NCBI RefSeq assembly: GCF_028641065.1
Contig: NC_073379.1
Coordinates: 56,978,001 to 57,042,000, forward strand
Source: Leucoraja erinacea
Taxonomy: Eukaryota
DNA: 64,000 bases
Reading direction: 5' to 3'
The translations under genes were made by a program, and so were the position numbers. The notes beneath the pieces were generated by a model. It searched no databases. It saw nothing but the letters and a program-made list of their open reading frames with translations, and was not told the DNA's origin. Below, one piece after another: positions 25,021 to 36,974 of the stretch (position 1 is the first letter of the stretch; the number at the start of each line of letters is the position of its first letter).

Positions 25021-26202
25021 TCTCAGATGCCCTGGTTTGGAACACCTCATCCTGGGTGCAGATGTGGCATAGACAGAGGAATTGGGAGTCGGGGATAGAG
25101 ACCTTACAGGAAGCAGGGTGGGAAGAAGTATAGTTCAGAGAGCCATGGGAGTTGGTGGGTTCAGTTTCCACCATCAGCAGTTTATATTCATACAATTATA
25201 TCGAAATAACATGACAAATGTCACAGACTAAATCATTTTCTATATTATAACAAGCCTTGCCTAGGTGCTACAAGAAAGCTGGACTGGACAAAATTAAACG
25301 TTTACTGTACCACAAACCTTATCTATGGACAAGGAAGGAAATTACAATGTGGAAAATCAATTAGTTCGTGGGATTTAACAAGTTATCAGGATATAACTCC
25401 ACATCTACCACTACCAGCAAGGCTGACTATGCAATTAAATTGTTAAAGTATTCAGGTAGTCAATTTAGCAGTTGAAAAGCAATGAACATTTGGTATTATT
25501 AGGTATTGACATTTCCTAGTCTTGTTGCTTATTTCTGCACAAATTGTCTGTATATTAACGGAGTGAACAAAAGGTAACTTGAGTGACATCAAGGGAATTA
25601 CTCAAAGTATCCTTAATTTCAATACAACTAATAAAGTAAGTATTACTTATCTGCAGTGTACATTAAATATTACTAAGCATATGGCAAGAAACAATATGTG
25701 AATGTATTTACAGTTGTGCAGTCACTTAGGTCTTGCACAATAAATTTGCTCAAGTGTTTTCAAAGCAGCTTGCTTGAACAAAAGAGGTTATTTTGGAACC
25801 ACATCTTCTAAATACTTCAGTTTATGAACAGGAAACTCGATGAACTGAAAAGCAGCATGAAATGGGCAGCACATTGCAATGTACACCTGAAGTTAAAGGT
25901 CTGATGTAAATTGGGTCTTCCCTCATCAGTTTTTGAAAAGTCAATGGATTCATGTAGAAATAGTTGTTGCCGAACATAAAAGTCGCCAAACACACATCAC
26001 TACAGAATGGATATGAATAACACAATTGCCAATTTTGAATCAAAATGTGGAAGATTTTACTATAAGAGCATCTAAACAGAAAGACCAACTGACAATTAAA
26101 TAGAAAAATGTTAATTCATGTCATCACAGTTAAACAGGAAATCCAGGCAAAATGCATGGTCTACTCATTAAAATTAGTACGCACAAATATTGTAATTGTA
26201 CA

Positions 26203-26759
26203 CATAGAATAGAAACATAGAAACATAGAAAATAGGTGCAGGAGGAGGCCATTCGGCCCTTCGAGCCAGCACTGCCATTCATTGTGATCATGGCTGATCG
26301 TCCCCAATGAATAACCCATGCCTGCCTTCTCCCCATATCCCTTGACTCCACTAGCCCCTAGAGCTCTATCTAACTCTCTCTTAAATCCATCCAGTGATTT
26401 GGCCTCCACTGCCCTTTGTGGCAGGGAATTCCATAAATTCACAACTCAACTCTCTGGGTGAAAAGGTTTTTTCTCACCTCAGTCTTAAATGACCTCCCCT
26501 TTATTCTAAGACTGTGGCCCTTGGTTCTGGACTCGCCCAACATTGGGAACTTTTTCCTGCATCTAGCTTGTCCAGTCCCTTTATAATTGTATATGTTTCT
26601 ATAAGATCCCCCTCATCCTTCTAAACTCCAGTGAATACAAGCCTAGTCTTTTCAATCTTTCCTCATATGACAGTCCCGCCATCCCAGGGATCAATCTCGT
26701 AAACCTACGCTGCACTGCCTCAATCACAAGGATGTCCTTCCTCAAATTAGGAGACCAAA
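26203..26759 (-). mobile_element. CR1 3' fragment, (TTTCTATG)n tail
   Basis: ORF 26161..26442 (NLWNSLPQRAVEA) and the tail. Confidence 0.92.
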
Positions 26760-27849
26760 TCCTGTCAAATACAAACTATTCTTTTCTTATCCTGCAAGTA
26801 CCAAATTTGTCATATTAATGCTTATGAAAATAGATTTTCTATGTATAACATTCATTCATAATATACTACACCCCTCAAGGCAGTGTAATGTGTCCCTTGA
26901 TTAAACATTAATATATTAATTTCTGACTAGGGCTCATCACTAATGGTTTCCATTTACCATGCAGAAGCTTTGTTATGTCCCAAACCATCAGTTTTCAAAC
27001 CCTACGAGCAAGACTGCTAATTTGAAATCAGCTAGTACCAAATTAGGAGCAAATGTTTCTTAGAATTGCATTAAGGTCTCTGTGGATTGGACCTTGACAG
27101 CCAGTTAATACAGAACACTTTCATCTTACTGTAGAATGCAATATATAACACACAGATGTGGCAGATCTCTTCATAGATGGGGATCAAATGGAATCAAACA
27201 AAACTGCAATCAAATCTAATCAGTTAATGAAATACAAATGGCAAATCAGCATTATCAAAAAGCCAAACGTTGCTTTTAGTTTACCCGCAACTAATTTGGT
27301 TACAGGTGAGAAATATGACATTGTAGAGCCCAACCTCACAAACACATACATGCACGGATGAATATACGCCTGGATATGCCTTCACGCCCACATAGACACA
27401 TTTGCACTCACACCCGCGAACACACATACACACTCACATATACACATTCTCACACTCACTTTCACACCCACTCTTGTTGGAAAATTACCTAATCGCAGAG
27501 GTAGAAAGGTAGAGGTTATCTTTTTTATTGAAAAATGGAGTTCACTTGAAAACACGGAAGAAGTGAGGCAAACAAAGTGATTGAAATACTTTTAAACAAG
27601 AACACCAGTTCAATTTTGTATAAAAATATTTTTTACCATCATCGCATTTACATTTTCTATATCAGTACAATGTTCAACAGCACAAAAACAAACAAAACAA
27701 CGTATACATAAAGATGTAGTGACGATCAGGAAAAATGTTAGATGAAATAATGAGACAAAACATTATTATAATTATATTTTTATTGTAATAAAGAATGTAT
27801 ATGATCATGACTATACAGAAAATGTAACAGAGAGAGATGAAGTTCTTAC

Positions 27850-27900
27850 CTTCTTCTGTCATTGAGTCATAATATTTTAGTTTTCCATATGCTCCAAGTT
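27850..27900 (-). CDS. SLC24A2: SLC24A2 51-nt alternatively spliced exon (phase 1 to 1): (E)LGAYGKLKYYDSMTEE
   Basis: Acceptor gttgtag|AA, donor GAAG|gtaaga, about 100 nt of AG-free pyrimidine-rich upstream sequence. Matches the known 17-aa NCKX2 cassette ELGSYGKLKYYDTMTEE. Confidence 0.95.
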
Positions 27901-28950
27901 CTACAACATCACAGTAAAAAAAAGACAAATGAGCAAAATGCAAAAAAAGAGATTAAAAAATCAGGAAGCAGCAGAATGCATTTTCAGGTGGCACACACAT
28001 GTGCTTTAAATATCAGGTCACCAGGGGATTGAAGTTCAGCGGTGAATGGTAAAATATGAAATTTGGAATATTGCTGCAACAGATTCATCAATATTCAAAT
28101 TAGGAAAGCAGATGAACATCTTAAACAAAAGCACATTTCACACTGTTGAAAGGGCACAATTTAATCATTGTGCACAAACTTCTGTAGCTGGCAGAAAATG
28201 ATATCCAATGATTCCCTATAATATGCCGATTTTTGTCTTTTCTCAGTGGTAATTCCCCAGGGCCAGCCTTCCAAAAGAACTATAGTTAGTCCATTCCACT
28301 GAATGATTTTAAAGCACCTTATTTTTGGAGACTTTTATGCTAATCAAATTATATGTTATAAGATTCTGTAGACAATTAAGTTATATAAAAAAGTGAAATC
28401 AAACCTCTCTGAAATCAAGCCCCCTATTTAATAAACTGAGCTGTTTACATTCATCACACAGAGTTCCTAGATTTGCCAGTGAACCAAGCATTAATGAAAA
28501 ATCAGCCACAGAAAAAAAAAATAATGTTGGAAGTTCTGTCTTTCTTATAGATTGGATGAACCATTTATTTCCTTCTTATTTGTATCATGGAAAACAGGTC
28601 TAACCATTTCCAGTTGTTTTCTACAATTAAAAGTTTGGAATTTTATGTCTTGCCATTAAACGAGGATAATGATTTTTTTTCACACAAGGAAGTACAAAGT
28701 ATTAAGACACACATTCAAAACATTGCATAACAATCTCAATTAAATAAAATTGTCTACATTTTATGTAATTGCCTGAGTTTTTTTTTTGTTCACTGTTAAA
28801 GCCAATACCTTGCAAAAATGCATACGCACAAAATGTCAATCCATTTCCAGGATTTATGGTTTTAACTTGTTTTAGTTAGCCAATGCTTTCACTCCAAATT
28901 GGATTATTCTAATATTAAAACCAGTCCAGGATAAAAGCATTAACTACTTT

Positions 28951-29268
28951 AAGTTTAGTTTAGTTTAGTTTAGAGATACAACACGGAAACAGGCCCTTCG
29001 GCACACGCCGACCAGCAATCCCTGCACATTAACACTATCCTACACCCACAATGGACAATGTTTATATTTACCAAGCCAATTAACTTACAAACCTGTACGT
29101 CTTTGGAGTGTGGGAGGAAACCGAAGATCTCGGAGAAAACCCACGCAGGTCACAGGGAGAATGTACAAACTCTGTACAGCCAGCTTCCGTAGATGGGATC
29201 GAACCCGGGTCTCCGGCGCTGCATTCACTGTAAGGCAGCAACTCTACCACTGCGCCACCATGACCGCC
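28951..29268 (-). mobile_element. tRNA-derived V-SINE (HE1-like) with (CTAAA)n tail
   Basis: A-box GGTGGCGCAGTGG, B-box GGTTCGATCCC and V-core on the minus strand. Confidence 0.9.
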
Positions 29269-29713
29269 CAAAAGATTGATGAAAATAATTTGTGGCAGAA
29301 TTGGCTAAGCAAAAATAACTGTTTGCACTTTTAATTTTATAGGCTTTTTGTCAACATATGATAGTGAGTTATTTTAACTCATGAATTTAGCCATTTTATT
29401 TTGTAATTGTTTCTCGCATGTTTACGTAGAAAAGAGACTGTCAAACTAGATTAGATCTTGCTACATAAAATAAAAAGGCATTTAGATTCTACATTTTGCT
29501 TTTAAATTGTGCAGGGCCGGAAAAGAAAATGGAACAGCATCTTCCAAGACACCAACTTTGCAACAATTTGAGAAAGTTTCATAAGTAATCAATCATTAAA
29601 ATGGTATTTAACGAGAGGCAAGGATTGAAGTTCATGAAAATGTTAGAATTCAAATTGGTTTAACACTACATTGTGATTTATTGCCCAATGTTTAGAAAAC
29701 AATGAATCCTATG

Positions 29714-29774
29714 AAAATAATGAACTCCATAGATGGTGGCTCACCCACTGAGTTTCCCCAGCATTTTTGTCTAC
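29714..29774 (+). mobile_element. About 60-bp PLE pLTR mini-insertion with 14-bp TSD
   Basis: CAATGAATCCTATG at 29700-29713 and 29775-29788 flanks ctccatagatg...gcatttttgtctac. Confidence 0.82.
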
Positions 29775-30019
29775 CAATGAATCCTATGGATTGCCTTTGG
29801 GAGGAAGAAATGCAATTCCCACAAGGAACTAGCAGTCTTATGGAACTTAATAGTGGAATTTAATAGTTTAAATAATGCACTGTGATGGAATATTTACATA
29901 AGCCAAAATAGATTGACTGGGGAGGAGGACTGTGACTGACTAAAGCTTTTGAAGGGAAGAGTTGTATTGACTGATGAATTTAATGATACGTTCATCCTTT
30001 CTGGTCTACACACTTCAGC

Positions 30020-33000
30020 AAGTATTACGAGCTGCGCAGGGTTGGAGTCATCGGATCAAGCACCGCACCTGCCGCGGGGGGAATGAGTATACCTGCTGGT
30101 GCTAGGGGCACTCACTAGTCTCGCTAAATGAACATTCGAGTACTATCGTACAATTGTCGTGGCCTGCGTTTGGGCCAGAGCGCAGGGGATAAAGCTCGCC
30201 GCTCAGTTGTTGACGACCTCCTGGAGAACTGTGACATACTATGTATGCAAGAGACATTCTTAGCGAAGCAAGACTTGGACAAACTCAATTCTCTCAATGA
30301 CAACTTTCATGGGGCTGGGGAGTCTACAACTGACCTTGGCATGGGGATAGTCAGAGGTAGGATACCACGGGGTGTGGCTATTCTATGGAACAAGAAGCTT
30401 GACTCATCAGTAAATGTAATTCGGCTTGATGTTGACTAGTGCATTGCCATACACTTTACTCACAACAAGGAATTTGTTATCCTGAATGTATATACACCCT
30501 ATGAATGCCATCAGAATGAGGATGAATATTTAAATAGACTTGCTTTCATCTATTCTTTCATTCAAAACAATAATTATTGTAGTGTATATGTCATTGGGGA
30601 TATGAATGCAGATATCTCAGATAGGAACTCATTATTTGCCAATCATATGGCTCAGTTCTGTCAAGATAATAATTTAATATTGTCAAGCAAAGTGCTTTTA
30701 CCTACAGATAGCTATACTTATATTAGTGAGGCCTGGCACACCACATCATGGCTGGACCACTGTATTAGTACAGCTGATGCACATGCCTCATTGGGGTGTA
30801 TGAGCATTCTGTATGGGGCAGCAATGACTGATCATATACCTGTTGCTATGCCAATAAATGTTGAACACATACCTGTGGTATCCAGAGATAGAAATAGCTT
30901 TAATACAGAAAAACTGGACTGGTCAACGCTTACAAAGGAAGACATCTTAGCCTATTATGCCCATACAGATAAATCCTTAAGCAATATTCATCTACCTAAA
31001 GATGCAATAATATGTAGTAATGTTAATTGTAAAGATATGAAGCATAGGAGAGATATCTGCTCCATGTATAATGATATAGTAAGCGCCTTATATGTAGGCA
31101 GTAAGCCCTACTGCAAGCATAAAAATAAGACACATAACATCAGGCCTGGCAGGAATAAGTATGTAGCTGAGTATCATACTGAAGCCCGTGAAGCGACCAA
31201 ATCATGGGCTATGGCAGGTAGACCCAGACAGGGGCCTGTGTTTGAGCACAAGAAGCTCACTAATGCAAGGTATAAGTATGCTGTTCACTTCATCTGTAAA
31301 AATAAGCAAGTTATGAGGGCTGATTCCATGGCTAAGAAGCTGCTAAGTAACAATGCTACAGATTTGTGGAAGGAAGTGAGAGCTCTTAGCAGTTGCAAAA
31401 CATCTCTACCATGTACTGTAGATGGAATCTCCGGAACAGCTAATATCACGGAGTTATGGCGACAACATTATAGCACTTTATTCAACTGTGTCCAAGGTGA
31501 CTTGTATAGGGTGGACAATATTGATAGTAATGACTCAATGGTGATTATGTCACATGAGGTGTATCATGCCATGAACAAGCTGTCCAACAACAAAGCAAGT
31601 GGCTTGGATCATATCTCTGCTGAACATCTTAAGTATGTGAGTATGAGGATAGCTCCTCTCCTAGCTATTTGTTTTACTGGCTTTATGATTCATGGCTTGT
31701 TACCAGACTCAATGTTGTCTGTCTTGTTAATGCCGGTCATTAAGGACAAAGCTGGTAAAGTAGGCGCCTAAATAATTACAGGCCCATAGCTTTAGCCAGC
31801 ATATTGTCAAAAGTTTTAGAAAGAGTTCTGCTGGATCGAATAAATGAGTTTGTTAACTCCACAGATAGCCAGTTTGGCTTTAAAGCTAAACATGGCACTG
31901 ACTTATGCATATATGCCCTAAAGGAGATTGTAAACAAATATAGAGGCAAAAACTCTTCAATCCTTATGTGCTTTATTGATGCTTCCAAAGCCTTTGACCG
32001 TGTTAATCACAGAAAGCTGTTTGGTAAAATGAGTCAAAGAGGGGTGCCTGAATACATTGTTAGAATTCTGGCCTACTGGTATCCCCACCAGACTATGCAA
32101 ATAAAATGGGGCAATAGGGTCTCAGCCCCATTTGGGGTTAGCAATGGTGTTAGACAAGGGGGGAATTTTGTCCCCAGTCCTTTGTAATCTATATATTGAT
32201 GATCTATCTAAACAATTGAAAGCCTGTAACACTGGGTGCGTGATTGGTAATATTTTAGTGAACCATATTATGTATGCAGATGATCTTGTGGTCTTTAGTC
32301 CATCTAGCGCTGGTCTCCAGCAGCTCCTTACTATATGTTCTGTGTATGGTGTGGAACATGACATTAAATATAATGCTAGTAAGAGTGGTGTTATGATCTG
32401 TAGAACCAAAGAGGATAAATGCCTAAAATATCCTGATTTTAAATTGTCTGACAACAATTTTAGTGTCTGTAATAAGATAAAATATCTAGGGGCATATTAT
32501 TACAGAACAAATGACAGATGATGAGGATATTTATACGCAACGACGCATGCTGTATGTACAGGCGAATATCCTCTTGCATAAATTTGGTGCGTGTGCAGAT
32601 GTGCTGAAGATGTCGCTATTTAGAGCATACTGCACACCACTCTACACTGCGCACCTGTGGTCGAACTATTTAAAGACAAGTATGCACAGACTAAAGGTGG
32701 CATATAACGATGCTATGAGAACACTGCTAAGGCAACCTAGATGGTGTAGTGCCAGTAATATGTTTGTGGCTGCAGGAGTCAGTACTTTAGAAGCTATCAT
32801 AAGACACCACATGTATAAATTCATTTGCAGGATAAATGACTCTAAAAATGTGCTTATTGTGGCCTTGACAAACACTACACGCTACGAATCCCATCTTTTA
32901 ATCTGGATTTTTAACTTAAGTATTGTGTTTAAAAAATATATAAATTATGATGTTTTTACGTGATATACCAAGATTTTATATGTATTTATGATATTTGATA

Positions 33001-33062
33001 TGCAATGCTTTTTTAATGTAATGTTGCCCCTTGTCTGGACCTTGAGTCCGTAATAAAGTTTA

Positions 33063-33149
<87 letters not shown>

Positions 33150-33150
33150 T
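30020..33150 (+). mobile_element. RTE-X-like LINE with near-complete ORF2 (APE endonuclease + RT), few disablements, (ATT)n tail
   Basis: SYNCRGL..ILCMQETF..WLDH..TDH (APE); FIDASKAFD, GVRQGGILSP, YADD (RT); LFRAYCTPLY..LW C-terminus. Stops at about 30437 and 31769, frameshifts at about 32165 and 32490. Confidence 0.85.
33060..33150 (+). repeat. (ATT)n microsatellite (LINE tail)
   Basis: About 28 near-perfect units following AATAAA. Confidence 0.97.
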
Positions 33151-33859
33151 ACCATCCAGTGATATCTGTTACTGTGCAGTTGTCCCTTTTCAAAGCCATT
33201 TACTGGCTTCCTTGTTAACCCTGCACTAGACAATTATGCTTTAAATGTTTGTTTACATCTGGAACAGCCTTCTAACCTGAGTTTAATATATTTTGCTACA
33301 TGTGTTAGAAATGATGCAGCAAAAGATTTCCATTCGGAAATGGAAAACAAATCCTAACTTGTTTGTTAACATTTTCAAAGTAATTTGATGCCTTCATCTT
33401 GGCTTAATAAAGTTAAAAATGTGTGCTTTGTTTAGAGTAAAATCTGTTTGTTAGTCACTATAACAGAAAGAATAAGGCGTTATCTTCATATTCTAATTAA
33501 TGCTAATCAGCAGATTAGGGAAATTAATTTGTACATAAAGTAAAAAAACAGCTGTTACAACCATTCAAGAACATAATCTAAATTAAGTAATTCTTGTAAA
33601 TGTCAATGTAATGGAGTACAAAGCAACGAATGATATTGAATCATGATAATGCATTATGCATGTGAAATATTACGTTTGAAATAGAATTTCAATAAAATTG
33701 GAGGAAATGGGATGGCACCCTTTCTTATTTTAAAATTTCCTACTTTTTTCTCTGAAAATGCTTATTCACTGTGGCATTTGCCAAAACATATTGAATGCAC
33801 TACCACATTTAGGTGTCAGTTCAGCTCAGACAATATGGTGCAATAACTCAAATATTGGT

Positions 33860-34400
33860 CTTGGGTTTATTATTGTCACATTAATTGAAATAGAATGAAA
33901 AATGTTTTATGGACCATCCAGGCAAACCATATCATACATGAATATATCAAGTAAGGAAAAAGAGAAACAAAAGAGTGCAGTGTACAATAAGAAAAAATGC
34001 CGATTTAAAAACAAGTTTAAGAGCCACTCGAAGTCGATTGGGAGATCAGGAATTAATGTTTAGCATATGAGAGGCCCATTCAAGATTCTGGCAATAGTGG
34101 GTAAGATGCTGCTTTTGAATTGTGGTGGTTCTGGATTTGAATCTAGTTTCAGGTTTTTTTTAAGCTTCTGCCCAATGGGTGAGGGTAGAAGAGGGAATGA
34201 TCTGGGTGAGTGTAGTCCTTGATTCTGTTGGCTACTTTCCCAAGACAGTGTGAAGTATAGATGGAGCTAATGGGTTGGGAGAAGCGAGTTTGTGTGATGG
34301 ACTGGGTTGCGTTCACAAATCTCTGCAATTTTTTGGAGATCTTGGTCAAAGCGGTTGCCACAACCTGTGGTGCATCCAGATAGGATGCTTTCGATGGAGC
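33860..34400 (-). mobile_element. Decayed Rex1/Babar 3' fragment
   Basis: ORF 34149..34361 (KKLQRFVNATQSIT...IKDYTHPDHSLF). Confidence 0.72.
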
Positions 34401-34554
34401 ATCAGAGAATGTGAGGGTACTTTAAGAGACAACTTTCAGAGGGGAAACCTGAAGGCATGGGTTGCCTGCACTGACCTCCAGATTCAATAGTAGATAGCTT
34501 TTAATTTGTTCATGATTTTCCCTCCTGATAGCCAGTCAGTATTACAGTCTGTTT

Positions 34555-35265
34555 CATTCAGCTCCAATTCAATAATTAAGTTTGCTGATGACACTGTGGT
34601 GGTGGGCCTGATCTCAGACAACGATGAGAAGGAGGAGGTGGCTGATCTACCGGGAGGAGGTGGCTGATCTAACACTCTGGTGCCAGGATAACAGACTTGA
34701 ACATCAAAAGATTCAATAGTAGATAGCTTTTAATTTGTTCATGATTTTCCCTCCTGATAGCCAGTCAGTATTACAGTCTGTTTTTTCTAAAGTAGTCACT
34801 GGTTGAAAAGACAGGGACTTTTTGATGTGAATCAAAAGTGCAAGGTTGGATAGGGTGAGTGAGTAGGAGTGATGCTAAATGGAGCAGAAATGCACATTGG
34901 TGGAACATGATCCTGCCATATAAGAAGGCTCCAGAGAGTAGTGCGTGGCTGAACGGCTAATAACTTCACTCCTGTGGAACTATACAACAGAGGTGCAACT
35001 CCAGATAAATCATGCACCCCTGCAAACCAGCTGCTACGGTCAGGCAAACGCCTCCGTTGCCATGGCGGAGCTTCCCAGAGAACTGGTAAACGCCTATCTC
35101 ACCAGGGACTAACTCTACAGAACGTTTTTCCTTCCATTATTTATTATGTAAAAGAATATGTGCGTTATGATTGTGTTTATCATTTGTTTGCATTTTTGCA
35201 CAAAAGTACAAGCAAACTTTCATTTCACTGCAATCTCGTATGTGTCACAAATAAACTTGACTTGA
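34555..35265 (+). mobile_element. Rex1/Babar insertion interleaved with duplicated flank (probably mis-assembled)
   Basis: SNSIIKFADDTVVVGLISDNDE at 34560-34630; Rex1-type tail ending aataaacttgacttgac at 35250-35265. Confidence 0.7.
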
Positions 35266-36953
35266 CAGTTTTTTTCTAAAGTTCCCTGGTTAAAAGCAGG
35301 GACTTTTTGACAAAAGTTAAGGTTAAAGGGTGAGTGAGTAGGAATGCTAAATGGAGCAAAAGCTGAACCAATATGTGCTGAAAGGCTAATATTATTCCTG
35401 TGGTAAGATCAGATAAATCTGCACAAACCAGAAGTGGCAGCTAGAACTGGGCTTCTTCACATTCTAAATTACTGAATCAGGCATACTACAATCAAATGTG
35501 CATCTATTAATATTTCATCTTTCAGCATTTTTAGCACTTACATTAATAAATGTAAAAGCAAAACTGAGTAATTTGTAATCCATGCATGGGGAATGCATTT
35601 AAATTACTCAGAGATACAACTGAGTAGATTACATATGTTAAACATCAGATTTGGAATTCCCGCCTGTCAATATATAATACAAAAATTGACAATTTTTTCT
35701 TCAGTTGTTTTTTTTTAAATCCTCAATTATCCACGGTATGGAAAAATACTCCAAAACAGATCCACTAATACAGTCATTTTAGACATGATTCAGAATACTT
35801 AGTAAACATACCACATTTTTACGGCATGTTGTGTTGTACACAACACAGGTATTCATTAAATAATTATAGAAATTTTTGTGGCGTCATTAGTTAGTTTCAG
35901 GAAAATTGACTCGGAAACAAATAGAACGTGACCATCTGAGAGTGAGATAACAGGGCTAAATTAATTCAATAGCCCATAACTATGTACTTAATTATACTGG
36001 AGCAATTAATGTCTTGCATTTATGAGTCTCATTCACAACTTTGGCCCAATGTTATATTTAAGTCACAGCTTGCAAATGTTTACAATTCATCAAAATTCAT
36101 TTTTGTGTTACAAATACACGTGCATGTAGGGTGTACAGTTGTATTGTTAACGTTGCTGATTTAACCCATTTGTACTGACTATGACAGCCACCTTTTCACC
36201 TGTGCACTGTGTTGGACAGCAAAGGCATACTTTCGTATCTCCCCACATTGACATAGCATCTTTCACTTTTCCTTCAGAATTTCCAAAGACCTGAAAGCCA
36301 ATGAAGTGCAGAATACATTTTTCACACATTAGGTTCATGTCAGAATGATCTCTTGTTTTAATGATATGATGTTGGAAAAGGAATAGATGTTAGCCAGGAT
36401 ATTGTGGATATCTCTTTTGTACTTCCAGATATACCCACGGTTCTTTTTTGTTCACTTGAGAGGCCAAACAGGACGGTTCAGTTTGTCTCAATAAAACTTT
36501 ACTCGTTCAATGGGGTTTCAAAGTCATCTGTACTCCAATGTAGGGACATTGGACTGACTATCATCGATGTTACATGATACTCAAAGGTAAAAAACACAAA
36601 TCATATGTCTTGAGTATTGATAAAATATTCACAATAATCTCCAACCAGCTACTCTTTTATTTCTTCCTCTGGCAATCACTTTTGTTTTGAGTTTAAGCTT
36701 GACTGCACCAGAAGGATCTTTTATTATGTCATGAAATTTGCAAAAAAACATTGAAACAAGTTATTTCTTCATATTCTCTGGATCTGTATTTTTTTGAAGC
36801 TGCTCACACGTTGATGTTGTAAGTCGCCCGCCAGTGTCTTGTGGAGATGGAGCTTCTGCCACAGTTTGGGTAAAGTGAGAGGAGATGCAAGGGCTTTTCT
36901 GACTAGGCGATTTTGCTGTGATTGCAATTATCCATGCTATAGAACTGACTTAC

Positions 36954-36974
36954 CACCCCAGAGTCCCACAAGGC
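36954..36974 (-). CDS. Candidate 21-nt in-frame microexon of SLC24A2: (G)LVGLWG
   Basis: ttctaatagcagttgcttctcatcttcttcactcaaag|GCCTTGTGGGACTCTGGGGTG|gtaagt. Symmetric phase 1, no stop. Based on splice signals only. Confidence 0.35.

Larger units (their letters stand above)
23684..25165 (-). mobile_element. Neptune-type Penelope-like retroelement, 5'-truncated (RT thumb, Cys linker, GIY-YIG endonuclease, pLTR), interrupted by CR1
   Basis: PTNSH..LNYTSSHPASCK..IP.SQFL (25021-25165), PCNCRKCYIC linker (about 24250-24290), CTSSNLNYCI...YIGETKRRLGDRFAQH...HFN (ORF 23773..24201). Confidence 0.93.
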
